A stretch of DNA of 64,000 nt from Octopus vulgaris (Eukaryota). Within the stretch, counting starts at the first letter, position 1. Each line of letters opens with the position of its first letter. The notes under the pieces are model-generated. The model ran no database searches. It was not told the origin of the DNA and was given only the letters and a program-made list of their open reading frames with translations. The translations under genes and the position numbers were made by a program. Shown piece after piece: positions 38,851 through 49,854 of the stretch. The DNA lies in contig OX597836.1 in assembly GCA_951406725.2 (NCBI GenBank), positions 27,280,001 to 27,344,000 on the forward strand. The letters run 5' to 3'.

Positions 38851-39304
38851 GGATGAGGATGTAAATATAAATAAAATTACAGGAAATAATGGTATCATAT
38901 TTTGGCTGAAGGCTAGCAATTACAGAGTGCGGAGTGGAGAAAGGATAGGTCGATTACATTGCCCCCCCCCCAGTAGTCAACTGGTATTTAATGTTATCAA
39001 TGCCAGAAATATGAGAGGCACAATTGATCTTGATGTAATTAGAACTTAGAAGGCAAATATGGGCAAAATGCAGTTAAAATTGAATACACAATACCTCTTG
39101 GCTGGTTGAGTATAAAAGTTAATAGAGGAATATATGAAGTAGAATACTTCGATTTTGGATTTGGTTTGCAAGATTCTTTATGTGAGTTTGTGTTTTGAAG
39201 CATATTTTATTGTGTCTGGGGAGAGTCATTCTCTTTTAGTGCCTTGTTATTTAACCCTTTCGTTACTGTATTTATTTTGAAATGCTCTGTGTTTCTTTCG
39301 ATTA

Positions 39305-39347
<43 letters not shown>

Positions 39348-39350
<3 letters not shown>

Positions 39351-40180
39351 TCATCATCATCATCGTTTAACGTCCGTTTTCCATGCTAGCATGAGTTGGA
39401 CGGTTCGACTAGGGATCTGGGAAGTCAGAAGGCTGCACCAGGCTCCAGTCTGATCTGGCAGTGTTTCTACAGCTGGATGCCCTTCCTAACGCCAACCACT
39501 CCATGAGTGTAGTGGGTGCTTTTTACGTACCAGGTGAGGCTGGCAACAGCCACGATTGGATTGGTGCTTTTTACGTGCCATCAGCACGGAAGCCAGTCAG
39601 GGTGGCGCTGGCATCGGTCATGTTCAGATGGTGCTTTTTATTTGCCACCAGCACAGGGATCACAACTGCAGTTTCCATTGATTTTTGATGTTGGTGTACT
39701 TGACTCAATGGATCTCCTCAAGCACAGGGTCGAAACGGTGTTTCTTTACTTGCCACCTGCTCAGGAGTCAGTCCAACGGCCCTGGCAACTGCCTGGTGCC
39801 AGTCATAGGATTGGTTCAATTTCGATTCCAATTTCACTTGCCTCAACAGGTCTTCACAAGCAGAGTTTAGTGTCCAATGAAGGGAGGTTGGCATGGGTGC
39901 CAGTTGTCGGATGAGGTTCGATTTCGACTTCGCTTGCCTCAACAGGTCTTTGCATGTCCAAAGGAAGGAAAGGCATGCATAGGTGGGCTGGCTACATCCC
40001 TGGCAAGGGACACGGGATGGACTCGTCCTGCCGGGTCTTCTCACGCACAACATATTTCCAAAGGTCTCGGTCACTAGTCATTGCCTCGGCGAGGCCTAAA
40101 GTTCGAAGGTCATGCTTCACCACCTCGTCCCAGGTTTTCCTGGGTCTACCTCTTCCACAGGTTCCCTCAACCACTAGGGA
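39348..40180 (-). mobile_element. 5'-truncated RTE LINE with long 3' UTR
   Basis: KKCQSLVVEGTCGRGRPRKTWDEVVKHDLRTLGLAEAMTSDRDLWKY, followed by a ~640-bp UTR ending GGACGTTAAACGATGATG. Confidence 0.9.
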
Positions 40181-40214
40181 TTGGCACTTTTTCACACACC
40201 TATATACATATACT

Positions 40215-40550
40215 CTTTTACTCTTTTACTTGTTTCAGTCATTTGACTGCGGCCATGCTGGAGCACCACCTTTAGTCGAGCAAATCGACCCCGGGACTTA
40301 TTCTTTGTAAGCCCAGTACTTATTCTATCAGTCTCTTTTGCCGAACCGCTAAGTGACGGGGACGTAAACACACCAGCATCGGTTGTCAAGCAATGCTAGG
40401 GAGACAAACACAGACACACACACATACATATATATATATATACACATATATACGACAGGCTTCTTTCATTTTCCGTCTACCAAATCCACTCACAAGGCAT
40501 TGGTCGGCCCGGGGCTATAGTAGAAGACACTTGCCCAAGGTGCCATGCAG
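40215..40550 (-). mobile_element. SINE family B, 5'-truncated
   Basis: Reverse-complement copy. Confidence 0.8.
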
Positions 40551-40892
40551 GACATTAATCTGATCCTCAGAAATGATGAACATGGAAACATTAATTGAGT
40601 GTTATGAGAGAAAGCAGACAGCAAAATGACTCCAGCCAGTAATGAGAGCTTTAAATAAGATGATGATGATGATTCTTCGTTGAATTCCTTTTTCTAAAGG
40701 TTTTGATGTTGTATGTATCTGTGTGTGTTTTTGCTGAAGTGTGTGTAATTATGGGCCTAATTGGCTCTACATGTTTTGCTTATGTATCAACGCTGACTCA
40801 GTCCAAACTTAATTCATGTTTCTCTTTTTCTTTTTTTTTTCTTCTTTTTCTTCTTTTTCATCCCATTCTTCTCCATGGCGCTGGCCACCAAG

Positions 40893-41304
40893 GAATTTGA
40901 AATGTTTAGTTTTGGAGAACATTGAAGGTTTTATACTGAACATTCCGTGTGGCAACATAATCATGAAACTCATTTCTCAGGGCAAGCACTGGATTACCAT
41001 CAGGAAAATCGGTAACGTCTACTACAGCTTGGACTCCAATAATAAGGCACCGGTCGAGATTGGTAACGATGACGAGCTTCTCGTCCATCTCTGTGAACAG
41101 TTGAATAACAATCATACGGAATTATTTCTTATAGTCACACCTGATGTTGATAAAAATAAAAGTTGGTTTAGACAGTTACCACCAGAAGAGGAATGGGGGA
41201 ATCCACTAACCAAACCTTTGGATCCTAAAAAAAAAAAATCCGAAACTGCTTGTGAATCTGAGGATTCTTCAGACACAACACAAAATGGTTGCAATCTGAT
41301 TTAA
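40893..41304 (+). CDS. JOSD1: JOSD1/2-like, coding exon 3 (catalytic His/Asp, C-terminal tail with CaaX)
   Basis: Long pyrimidine tract then CCAAG|G, phase 2. Translation NLKCLVLENIEGFILNIP...KHWITIRKIGNVYYSLDS...ELFLIV...SW...PKKKKSE...NGCNLI*. The exons total 158+126+412=696 nt, giving 231 aa. Confidence 0.92.
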
Positions 41305-41829
41305 ACTAGTTCCAACCAATCTCTCAAACCTTTGTTTGACTTTTTTTTCTTCTTTTTTTTTTTTTTTCATTTTGTTTTTGTTTGTGTGAAGAATTATTGA
41401 CTGCATGTGTGTGTTTGTATAATTATATATGTGCACATGCATTTATGTGTGCACGTGTGTGTGTGTGTGTGTGTGTGCATGTGCACATATATCACGTGGT
41501 CATGTGATTGCCCAGACTATTGCAAGTTGTTATACATCACTGGTCACAATGTGCTTTGCATTATTTTTGGCTCCCGAATGATGCCACTCCATTGGTTAGG
41601 TGAGCAGGCCAACGTTTCTCCTGGCCAGAAAGCCACTCCGTCACAGGGTTAACCATTGAGAGCTGAGCAGACTGGAGCAACGTGAAATGAAATGTTTTGC
41701 TCAAGAACACAATATATGGCTTGGTTCTGGAATTGAACCCACTATCTAGCAATTATGAATGCAACACCATGACCTGTAGGCCACATACCTTCATATAGAT
41801 TGATACATACATACATACATACATCTCTC

Positions 41830-42010
41830 TATCTGCTCAGTCGAAGTCGACTCTCGGTCACTCGTTGGATCAGTGTCCTCCAGTCAGTTCTATCCTGGGC
41901 TACTTCCTTCAGACTGGCCTTGTCCATTCCGGTATCACTCCTGGTCGGCCTCTTCCTCTCTTGCCACTGACCATTCCGAGCATGATGTCCTTCTCCAGGG
42001 ATTCTCTCCG
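41830..42010 (-). mobile_element. RTE LINE 3' fragment
   Basis: ...LKEVAQDRTDWRTLIQRVTESRLRL, preceded in another frame by LEKDIMLGMVSGKRKRPT. Confidence 0.65.
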
Positions 42011-42301
42011 CATAAATAAGTAACAACGATGTCCTGGTATCAGTGCATTACAACTGTTTCAAGTGACACCATTTAATCAATCAATGAAAACATTACACCA
42101 GTTTGAAAGAAACTGCTTTCTTCAGTTGTAGAATGCCATTTAGATTTCCAACATAGAAGGATAAACTGTTTATAACAACTTTATATCAGTACTAGAAACC
42201 AAAATAATTACACTGTTATATATATATAATAAAATGAATGGTTTACACATGGTATCTTACTGGTAAAGCACGGTCACTTTCAGAGTGATCGTTAGGTAAA
42301 T

Positions 42302-42438
42302 AACAAATGAAAGACAGACGATGGAATATACGAGAATATAGTATTAATCACAACAATTGTTTCGACACATCCAGCATCGACTCGAAACAATTGTGATTAA
42401 TGATATATTCTCGTATATTCCATCTTTTGTCTTTCATT

Positions 42439-42442
<4 letters not shown>
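42302..42442. repeat. Fold-back element next to (TA)n
   Basis: Arms 42302-42365 and 42382-42442. Contains TCGAAAC-AATT-GT. Confidence 0.85.
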
Positions 42443-42477
<35 letters not shown>

Positions 42478-42654
42478 TAGAAGGGCATCCAGCTGTAGAA
42501 ACCTTGCCAGGTCAGATAGGAACCTGGTGCAGTCTTCTGGCTCACCAGCCCTCAGTCAAACCATCCAACCCATGCCAGCACGGAAAGTAGATGTTAAACG
42601 ATGGTGATGATGATGACACACACACACACACCCATCCATATACACACGTACATA

Positions 42655-42711
42655 CAGGGTAAGCCAAAAGTCACACTTCAAAACAGTCAACATTTTAGTT
42701 ATGTTAAATTA

Positions 42712-42755
<44 letters not shown>

Positions 42756-42883
42756 TTTGTTCATGTGCAATTATTTGTGTATTTGTCATTATTTTATTCA
42801 ATTTTAGAAAAATTGAAGAATGTCTTTGACATTTCCAGAACATATTTGAACTTATTTTTGCATGTGACTTTTGACCCACCCTG
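42655..42883. mobile_element. Tc1/mariner MITE
   Basis: TIRs CAGGGTAAGCCAAAAGTCAC / GTGACTTTTGACCCACCCTG. Confidence 0.75.
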
Positions 42884-42899
42884 TGTGTGTGTGTGTATA

Positions 42900-43128
42900 T
42901 TCTTTTATTTGTTTCAGTCATTTTTACTGCGGCCATGCTGGAGCACTGCCTTAAAGGGTTTCAGTTGAAGAACTCGACCCCCCAGGACTTACTCTTTGTA
43001 AGCCTAGTATTTATTCTATCAGCCTCTTTTGCTGAACCGCTAAGTTATGGGATATAAACACATCATCATTGGTTGTCAATCAGTCGGGGGACAAACACAG
43101 AAACACAGACACATACACACACAGATAT

Positions 43129-43197
<69 letters not shown>

Positions 43198-43315
43198 ACA
43201 GCCTTCTTTCAATTTCCGTCTACCAAATTCACTCACAAGGCTTTGATTGGCCCAAGGCTATAGTAGAAGACACTTCCCCATGGTGCCTTGCAGTGGGACT
43301 GAACCCAGAACCATA
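42900..43315 (-). mobile_element. SINE family B
   Basis: Reverse-complement copy. Confidence 0.75.
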
Positions 43316-43443
43316 TATAAAATAACAAAGGCAGCTATAGACAATATGAAACTGAAAAGGAAAAATTCAATTGTCACTAACTACTTAAGGAATTCCACAG
43401 TGTTAATTGAGATAATAATTATGGATTAAGTAAATGGTAGACA

Positions 43444-43732
43444 GATTTGGTATTAATCTTTATTTTGTACAGTGATCATTTCAACCCATCTTGTTAACTT
43501 GAGTGGTCAAATAACAACAAGACCATTCCCTAATTCTAGTGGTCAAGGAACAACATGGCTGCCCAAACTCAAGCTCTTTAGCAAGACACCACTTTGTGTA
43601 AGAATGTATCTGATGTGGCCCAGGATGCAAAATGAATGCGACACAACATGATGCATAGAATCCCACCCCTAAGGGACAGAAAGAAGATTGGTTGAAACGA
43701 TCGTCGAACAAAATAAAGATTAATACCAAATC
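43444..43732. repeat. Diverged fold-back element
   Basis: Arms 43444-43492 and 43684-43732. The right arm has GAAAC-GATC-GTC. Confidence 0.75.
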
Positions 43733-43785
43733 CATATTTTTTTTTTTACTTAATCAGTGATAATTTTATATATATATATATATAT

Positions 43786-44181
43786 ATAATATTAATTAGA
43801 GACAAAACCACTATTATGCAAATCAAACAAAGAAAGACTTAATCCAATACATAAAAAATTTTATATAAATTAAATATAATTAAGATATCCACTACGATCG
43901 TTTCTTGTCACTTTATATCTTAAAAATATTGATTATATTTTAGGTCTTGAAACCACCTGATGAATGTCCATTGAAGTGACAAGAAACGATCGTAGTGGAT
44001 ATCTTAATTATATTTAATTTATATAAAATTTTTTATGTATTGGATTAAGTCTTTCTTTGTTTGATTTGCATAATAGTGGTTTTGTCTCTAATTAATATTA
44101 TATTATATTTTACTATAAAATTGGATTCAATCCTTAATCTGATTTTTCCCTGTAAATTTGGATTTATTCCCTAATATTTAT

Positions 44182-44190
<9 letters not shown>
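43786..44190 (+). mobile_element. Penelope-like fold-back element with hammerhead
   Basis: Essentially perfect arms 43786-43913 and 43974-44101, a unique 3' extension to 44190, and (TA)n on both sides. Confidence 0.75.
43953..43998 (+). ncRNA. Minimal type I hammerhead ribozyme candidate
   Basis: CCAC-CTGATGA-ATGTC CATTGAAGT GACAA-GAAAC-GATC-GTA-GTGG: intact core, palindromic stem III (ACGATCGT), GUA site. There is an A.A mismatch at the base of stem II. Confidence 0.7.
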
Positions 44191-44231
<41 letters not shown>

Positions 44232-44515
44232 ATGAGTAACAAAGAGTGGACATCTTCACTCAGCTGGGTCCAATTATTATCTGTATAAACTGCAAGAAAA
44301 TCATGTGGCCAGTACTTATGCAAGTCTGATATTTACTGAATATTGTTGAGGATACATGTAACTCAGACCTTGCAAGGTGCCTCAATTCAAGTACCTAACT
44401 CAACTGAACCCTAATTGTATATATACATATATATATATATACATATATATATACATATTTATGTCGTCATTTCATTAATATATATCATTCTCATTTTCCC
44501 TATTTTTTCCTATTT

Positions 44516-44554
44516 GTCTCTGCTGACGGAATATCCCATACTCGGCTGTAAGAC
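44516..44554 (+). ncRNA. Decayed hammerhead-like motif
   Basis: GTCT-CTGCTGA-CGGA ATA TCC-CATAC-TCGGCT-GTA-AGAC. The stems are present but both core boxes are mutated. Confidence 0.35.
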
Positions 44555-44900
44555 TTCAAATTTTTTCCAATAATAATATTGTATATAATTTGAGATGTTT
44601 GCCTTGCCTTAATGTTTGTTGTCCTCTTTTATAATTCTACATCCGCTGCATCAGAAATCTGCAATGGTTCCATAATTGCAGTCTCGGCTATAACCTTGGA
44701 GCCCCAGTAATCCATTACAGCACTTACCTGGCGTACCTAATCGTTTAGATCACCTGTTAATTAAACTTCCATACTTTGTATATATATTTATATAAAGACA
44801 ACCTTCAAGCGTGGTCGTTGCCAGTGCCGCTGGAATGGCCCTCGTGCTGATGGCATGTAAAAGCACCCACTACACTCTCATAGTTGTTGGTATTAGGAAG

Positions 44901-45130
44901 GGCGGCGAGCTGGCAGAAACGTTAGCACGCCGAAATGCTTAGCGGTATTTCGTCTGCCGTTACATTGTGAGTTCAAGTTCTGCCGAGGTCGACTTTGCCT
45001 TTCATCCTTTCGGGGTCGATAAATTAAGTACCAGTTACGCACTGGGGTCGATGTAATCGACTTAATACCTATGTCTGTCCTTGTTTATCTCCTCTGTGTT
45101 TGGCCCCTTGTGGGTAGTAAAGAAATAGGT
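44901..45130 (+). mobile_element. SINE family A nested in an RTE 3' UTR module
   Basis: GGTATTAGGAAGGGC occurs on both sides of the SINE (TSD-like). Confidence 0.8.
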
Positions 45131-45306
45131 ATTAGGAAGGGCATCCAGCTGTACAAACTTTGCCAGATCAGATTAGAGCCTGGTCCAGCCTTCTGGCTCA
45201 TCTGTCCTCAGTCAAACTGTTACCTTTACAGCAGCGAATCAGCCTCCCCATTTCTTTCAAATTTAAGAACTATAATAGTTCCCTTTAGTAACGCAACTAA
45301 GTGTCT

Positions 45307-45340
<34 letters not shown>

Positions 45341-45464
45341 GTCTTCTCGCCTAGCCAGTGGGTGGCATCATTAGGAAGTACATTGTGATCAGCAATGTAT
45401 AACAACATCTTATAGTCTGGTCGATGATGTGATATATATATATATGTGTGTGTGTGTATGTATG

Positions 45465-45499
<35 letters not shown>

Positions 45500-45614
45500 A
45501 AATATATATATATAAGTTCAGCAAAAATTTAGATTCAAATGAATATGGTACTTAATTTAGATGCACCAGAACTTTGTATGGTGTTATCCATAGAAATCTG
45601 TGGGGTGATTATAA

Positions 45615-45776
45615 TCAAAATAAGCAACAAGAATGACTCCGGTAATTTGGTACGATCGTTTCGTACTACATCATTTCATTAGATGTTGTAAGTAATACTT
45701 TACAACATTTAATAAAATGACGTAGTACGAAACGATCGTACCAAATTACCGGAGTCATTCTTGTTGCTTATTTTGA
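45615..45776. repeat. Fold-back element (~78-bp arms, very short loop) next to (TA)n
   Basis: Arms 45615-45692 and 45698-45776. Contains TAC-GAAAC-GATC-GTA. Confidence 0.9.
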
Positions 45777-46319
45777 GTATATATATATATATATGTTTAT
45801 GCATGCATAAATGCATGTGTTTATGCACGCGTATATATAACCCATGCTAGCATGGAAAACGGACGTTAAACGATGATGATGATGATATCTGCATGTTTAC
45901 ATGCTTATATGTATATATGTATGTCTCTAGTGTATGCGTATATCTATTGTTTTTATGTACCTGCATGTATTTCTAACAAAACACATTTTTTAAAATTTAT
46001 TTATTTTGTATCACAGTTTGAGAATGTTAACAGCATTAATTACTGGTATTTAAACGTGCCAATTACAAGTTCACCGTTTTTCTGATGGCAAGAATCGCAT
46101 GGGAGCGTCTGCAGCTTGGAATGACGTCTGCAATGCACACACACAAACAATGGGCTTCCATGCAGTTTAACTCTGCTACATTTAAATTACAAGGTATTGG
46201 TCAGTTTGAGACTGCCATCTAAGACACTCACCCAAAGTGCCATCCAATGGCATTGAAACCAAAACCATGGGGCTACGAAGCAATCTTCATAATGTAACCA
46301 CACAACCATGCCTGCGCCT

Positions 46320-46892
46320 ATATTTATATATTTGTGTGTGTGTATGTGTGTGTACGTATGTATGTACATATATGTATGTGTATGTATGTGTGTGTATATA
46401 TGTATGTGTGTATATATGTATGTGTGTATATATGTATGTGTATGTATGTTTGTATATATGTATGTGTATGTATGTGTGTATATATGTATGTGTGTATGTG
46501 TATGTATGTATGTACATATATATATGTGTGTATATATGTATGTGTATGTATGTGTGTGTATGTGTATGTGTATGTATGTGTGTGTATGTGTATGTATGTG
46601 TATGTATGTGTGTATATATGTATGTATATGCATGTGTAGATATGTGTGTGTATATGCATACATATTACCATATGTGTGTGTGTATGTCTGTTTATATGTA
46701 TGTCACACTCACTTTCTATCTGTATGTCTGTCTCTGTCTCACTGTATATATATTTGTGTATGTGTGTACATATATGTATGTGTGTGTGTATATATTTGTG
46801 TGTATATATGTGTGTGTGTATGTATATATGTCTGCATATATATATTTGTATATATACATGTATTTTAGGAATGTATCTCTCTCTTTCTCTCT

Positions 46893-46931
<39 letters not shown>

Positions 46932-46941
46932 CACATATGTA

Positions 46942-46977
<36 letters not shown>

Positions 46978-46990
46978 TGTATATACATAA
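46320..46990. repeat. Long compound (TG/TA/TATG)n low-complexity tract
   Basis: Seen directly. Confidence 0.9.
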
Positions 46991-47204
46991 ATACTTTTAA
47001 AGAACGGTGAGTCTTGAAGTAAATAAAGCTATAAGTAACAGTGTGTAAATTTGGGTTTAAAATGGCAGCCTTCAACTTTTTCTATTCAAACGGGTTTTTC
47101 GACCCAATATTTACATGTTATTATTTATAGCATTATGTGCCTCAAGGTCCACTTCTTCAAAAAACAATTACACACACACACACACATATATATATACATA
47201 CATA

Positions 47205-47437
47205 CAGCATTGGTCAAAAGTCACCTGGCAGTAAATCAAAACTGTTTAATTCCAAGATTTATTTATGTTTAACAAGTTAACAAGACTTCGCTAATAAATA
47301 GACAAATGTTGAAGAAAATGGTGATTTTAATTACCAGCATTCAATTAAACATTCATAATTGGAATGATTAAATAAAATTGAATATTAATTATTTATGGAA
47401 TTTTGATTTACTGTTGGGTGACTTTTGGCCAACCCTG
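47205..47437. mobile_element. Tc1/mariner MITE
   Basis: TIRs CAGCATTGGTCAAAAGTCACCTGGCAGTAAATCAAAA / TTTTGATTTACTGTTGGGTGACTTTTGGCCAACCCTG, flanked by TA. Confidence 0.8.
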
Positions 47438-47518
47438 TATATATATATATATATATATATATATTTAACCGTCCAGCCCGTGCTAGCGCAGAAAACGGAC
47501 GTTAAACGATGATGATGA

Positions 47519-47563
<45 letters not shown>

Positions 47564-47840
47564 CTTAAATCCTTAAAAATGTTTTAGCCCGAAGGCCACG
47601 GCCATGCTGGGGCACCACCGCTGTATATGAATGTATATATGTATATGAATGGTTGTTTTTATGTTTGGTTATACTAAAAACAATTTTACATTAATCAATT
47701 AATTTGATGGGTTACTCTATCCTTTATTATTCTTACACAAGAATTTTATTGGCAGTGACTCCAAAGTTTCGATCAGCTAAGCCTTTGTCGGACTGCAGTG
47801 AGACTGGCTTAGCTGGGCAACTATCAATAAGATTCTTGTT

Positions 47841-47871
<31 letters not shown>

Positions 47872-48217
47872 TCCTGATCAGGAATAGAACTGGAGTGAAG
47901 GACATTGTCGCAGAATACCACCGCACAGACATGTGATCGGCCTGTCACGTCGCAAGGTTCACAGACAGACGGTGAAGCTGTGCAGTTGCCAAGTGGTACC
48001 AGCGCAAATGGAAGAAATCACTTGGAAGATCTCCTATCAGTGAGGACGATGGCTTAAGAAAGGTGTTTGGAACAAGATGGAGAGGAGAAATGGTGAGAGC
48101 CTGAACACAATGGAGCAAATGCTGTGGCCAGCAGATCTGACTTGGCACCGGACAGCCTGGCCGACCCAGGCAATGTATATATACATACACATATATATAT
48201 ATATATACATATATATA

Positions 48218-48450
48218 CCGGAGTAAACACATAAATGTGAAACAAGGTGGAAAAAAGAGTACTCAAATACCAGTGGTAGAGTAATATACTTTATTTAAAG
48301 CAGCAGAAAATTGAACAAAACCTGTTACTCTGAGTTTCGCGTTCCCGTTTGTCGGACAGTTTTTGCTAGAAAAAACTGTCTGACGAACGGGAACGTGAAA
48401 CTCCGAGTAACAAGTTTTGTTGAATTTTCTGCTGCTTTAAATAAAGTATA
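48218..48450. mobile_element. Penelope-like fold-back element with a hammerhead in each arm
   Basis: Arms 48286-48364 and 48371-48450, flanked by TA. A homolog is at 51505-51792. Confidence 0.75.
48376..48413 (+). ncRNA. Minimal type I hammerhead ribozyme candidate
   Basis: CTGT-CTGACGA-ACG GGAA CGT-GAAAC-TCCGA-GTA-ACA(A)G: intact core, GNRA-capped stem II, GUA site. Confidence 0.7.
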
Positions 48451-48509
48451 TATATATACATATATATATATACTATATATATATATATATATATATATAA
48501 ATTTATAAA

Positions 48510-48818
48510 TAAGGATAATATTGATATTTAAATATCGATATTATCAAGTGGCCAGCATGGGAATAAATACCATACAAAGGTAATAATTTTTTACAACTAT
48601 AAATAAGGGTGTCTGAGAGACACCACCATGCCGAAATAGCAGTCAAACCCTGACTTTAAAAACCACCTAAAAAGTTCATATCGCACCATGAGATAAGACA
48701 GAGAGACAAAATATACTAGCAAAAAGATATTACTGGATAACTTTTTAGGTGGTTTTTAGAGTCAGGGTTTGACTGCTATTTCGGCATAGTGGTGCCTCTC
48801 AGATACCCCTATTTATAG

Positions 48819-48822
<4 letters not shown>
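48510..48822 (-). mobile_element. Fold-back element, same family as 32747-33288
   Basis: Arms 48595-48676 and 48740-48820. The minus strand matches 33050-33288. Confidence 0.7.
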
Positions 48823-48855
<33 letters not shown>

Positions 48856-48915
48856 ACTATATATATTATATATTATAGTTATATATGTATTATTGACTAT
48901 ATATATATATATATA

Positions 48916-49169
48916 TATCTGTAAATTAATATGTTACCATTATTCAATAGCCAAGATAAAACTCTGAGTTTCGGATGCCGAAGTGGAAATCCACAACACC
49001 ATGGCCAGATAACCAAGGAGATGGTGTTGTGGATTTCCACTTCGGCATCCGAAACTCAGAGTTTTATCTTGGCTATTGAATAATGGTAACATATTAATTT
49101 ACAGATAAATTTCCTCTGTTTACATAATATTGAGGTCGCTTTCTTTCTTTTGTTATCTTACCGTTTTTA

Positions 49170-49172
<3 letters not shown>
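48916..49172 (+). mobile_element. Penelope-like fold-back element with hammerhead-like motif
   Basis: Perfect arms 48916-49002 and 49021-49107. Motif AGATAA-CCAAGGA-GATG...CATCC-GAAAC-TCAGA-GTT-TTATCT at 49007-49069. Flanked by TA. Confidence 0.7.
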
Positions 49173-49207
<35 letters not shown>

Positions 49208-49514
49208 TATAAAAGAGAGAGAGAGAGTGAGGAACGTGTGTAGTGTTTGTTTAATAATTTATTGTTCTTTTTACAGTCTATGGCGTTTCCATGGTGACAA
49301 TTTGTTGACATTCTATTATTTCATTTTTTGACATTTTATAACATTCATAAAGACCCTATGAGCTTTACATTACATTCTACACCATTCTTTGAGGCGTTCT
49401 ATTACATTCTATGATATTCTGTGATATATCTTTCTATTACACCCTATGCTATTATATTACATTCTATGACAATCTATGGCGTTCTGTTATGTTCAATCAT
49501 GCCTTTACTATGTT

Positions 49515-49725
49515 CTCTTTTACGCTTTTACTTGTTTCAGTCATTTGACTGCGGCCATGCTGGAGCACCGCCTTTAGTCGAGCAAATCAACCTCAGGACT
49601 TATTCTTTGTAAGCCTAGTACTTATTCTATCGGTGTCTTTTGCCGAACTGCTAAGTTACGGGGACGTAGACACACCAGCATCAAGCGAGGATTGGGGGAC
49701 AAATACAGACACAGATACACACACG

Positions 49726-49786
<61 letters not shown>

Positions 49787-49822
49787 ACAAAGTGTACGTA
49801 CGCCGTTTGCATTCTTGTCCCA

Positions 49823-49854
<32 letters not shown>

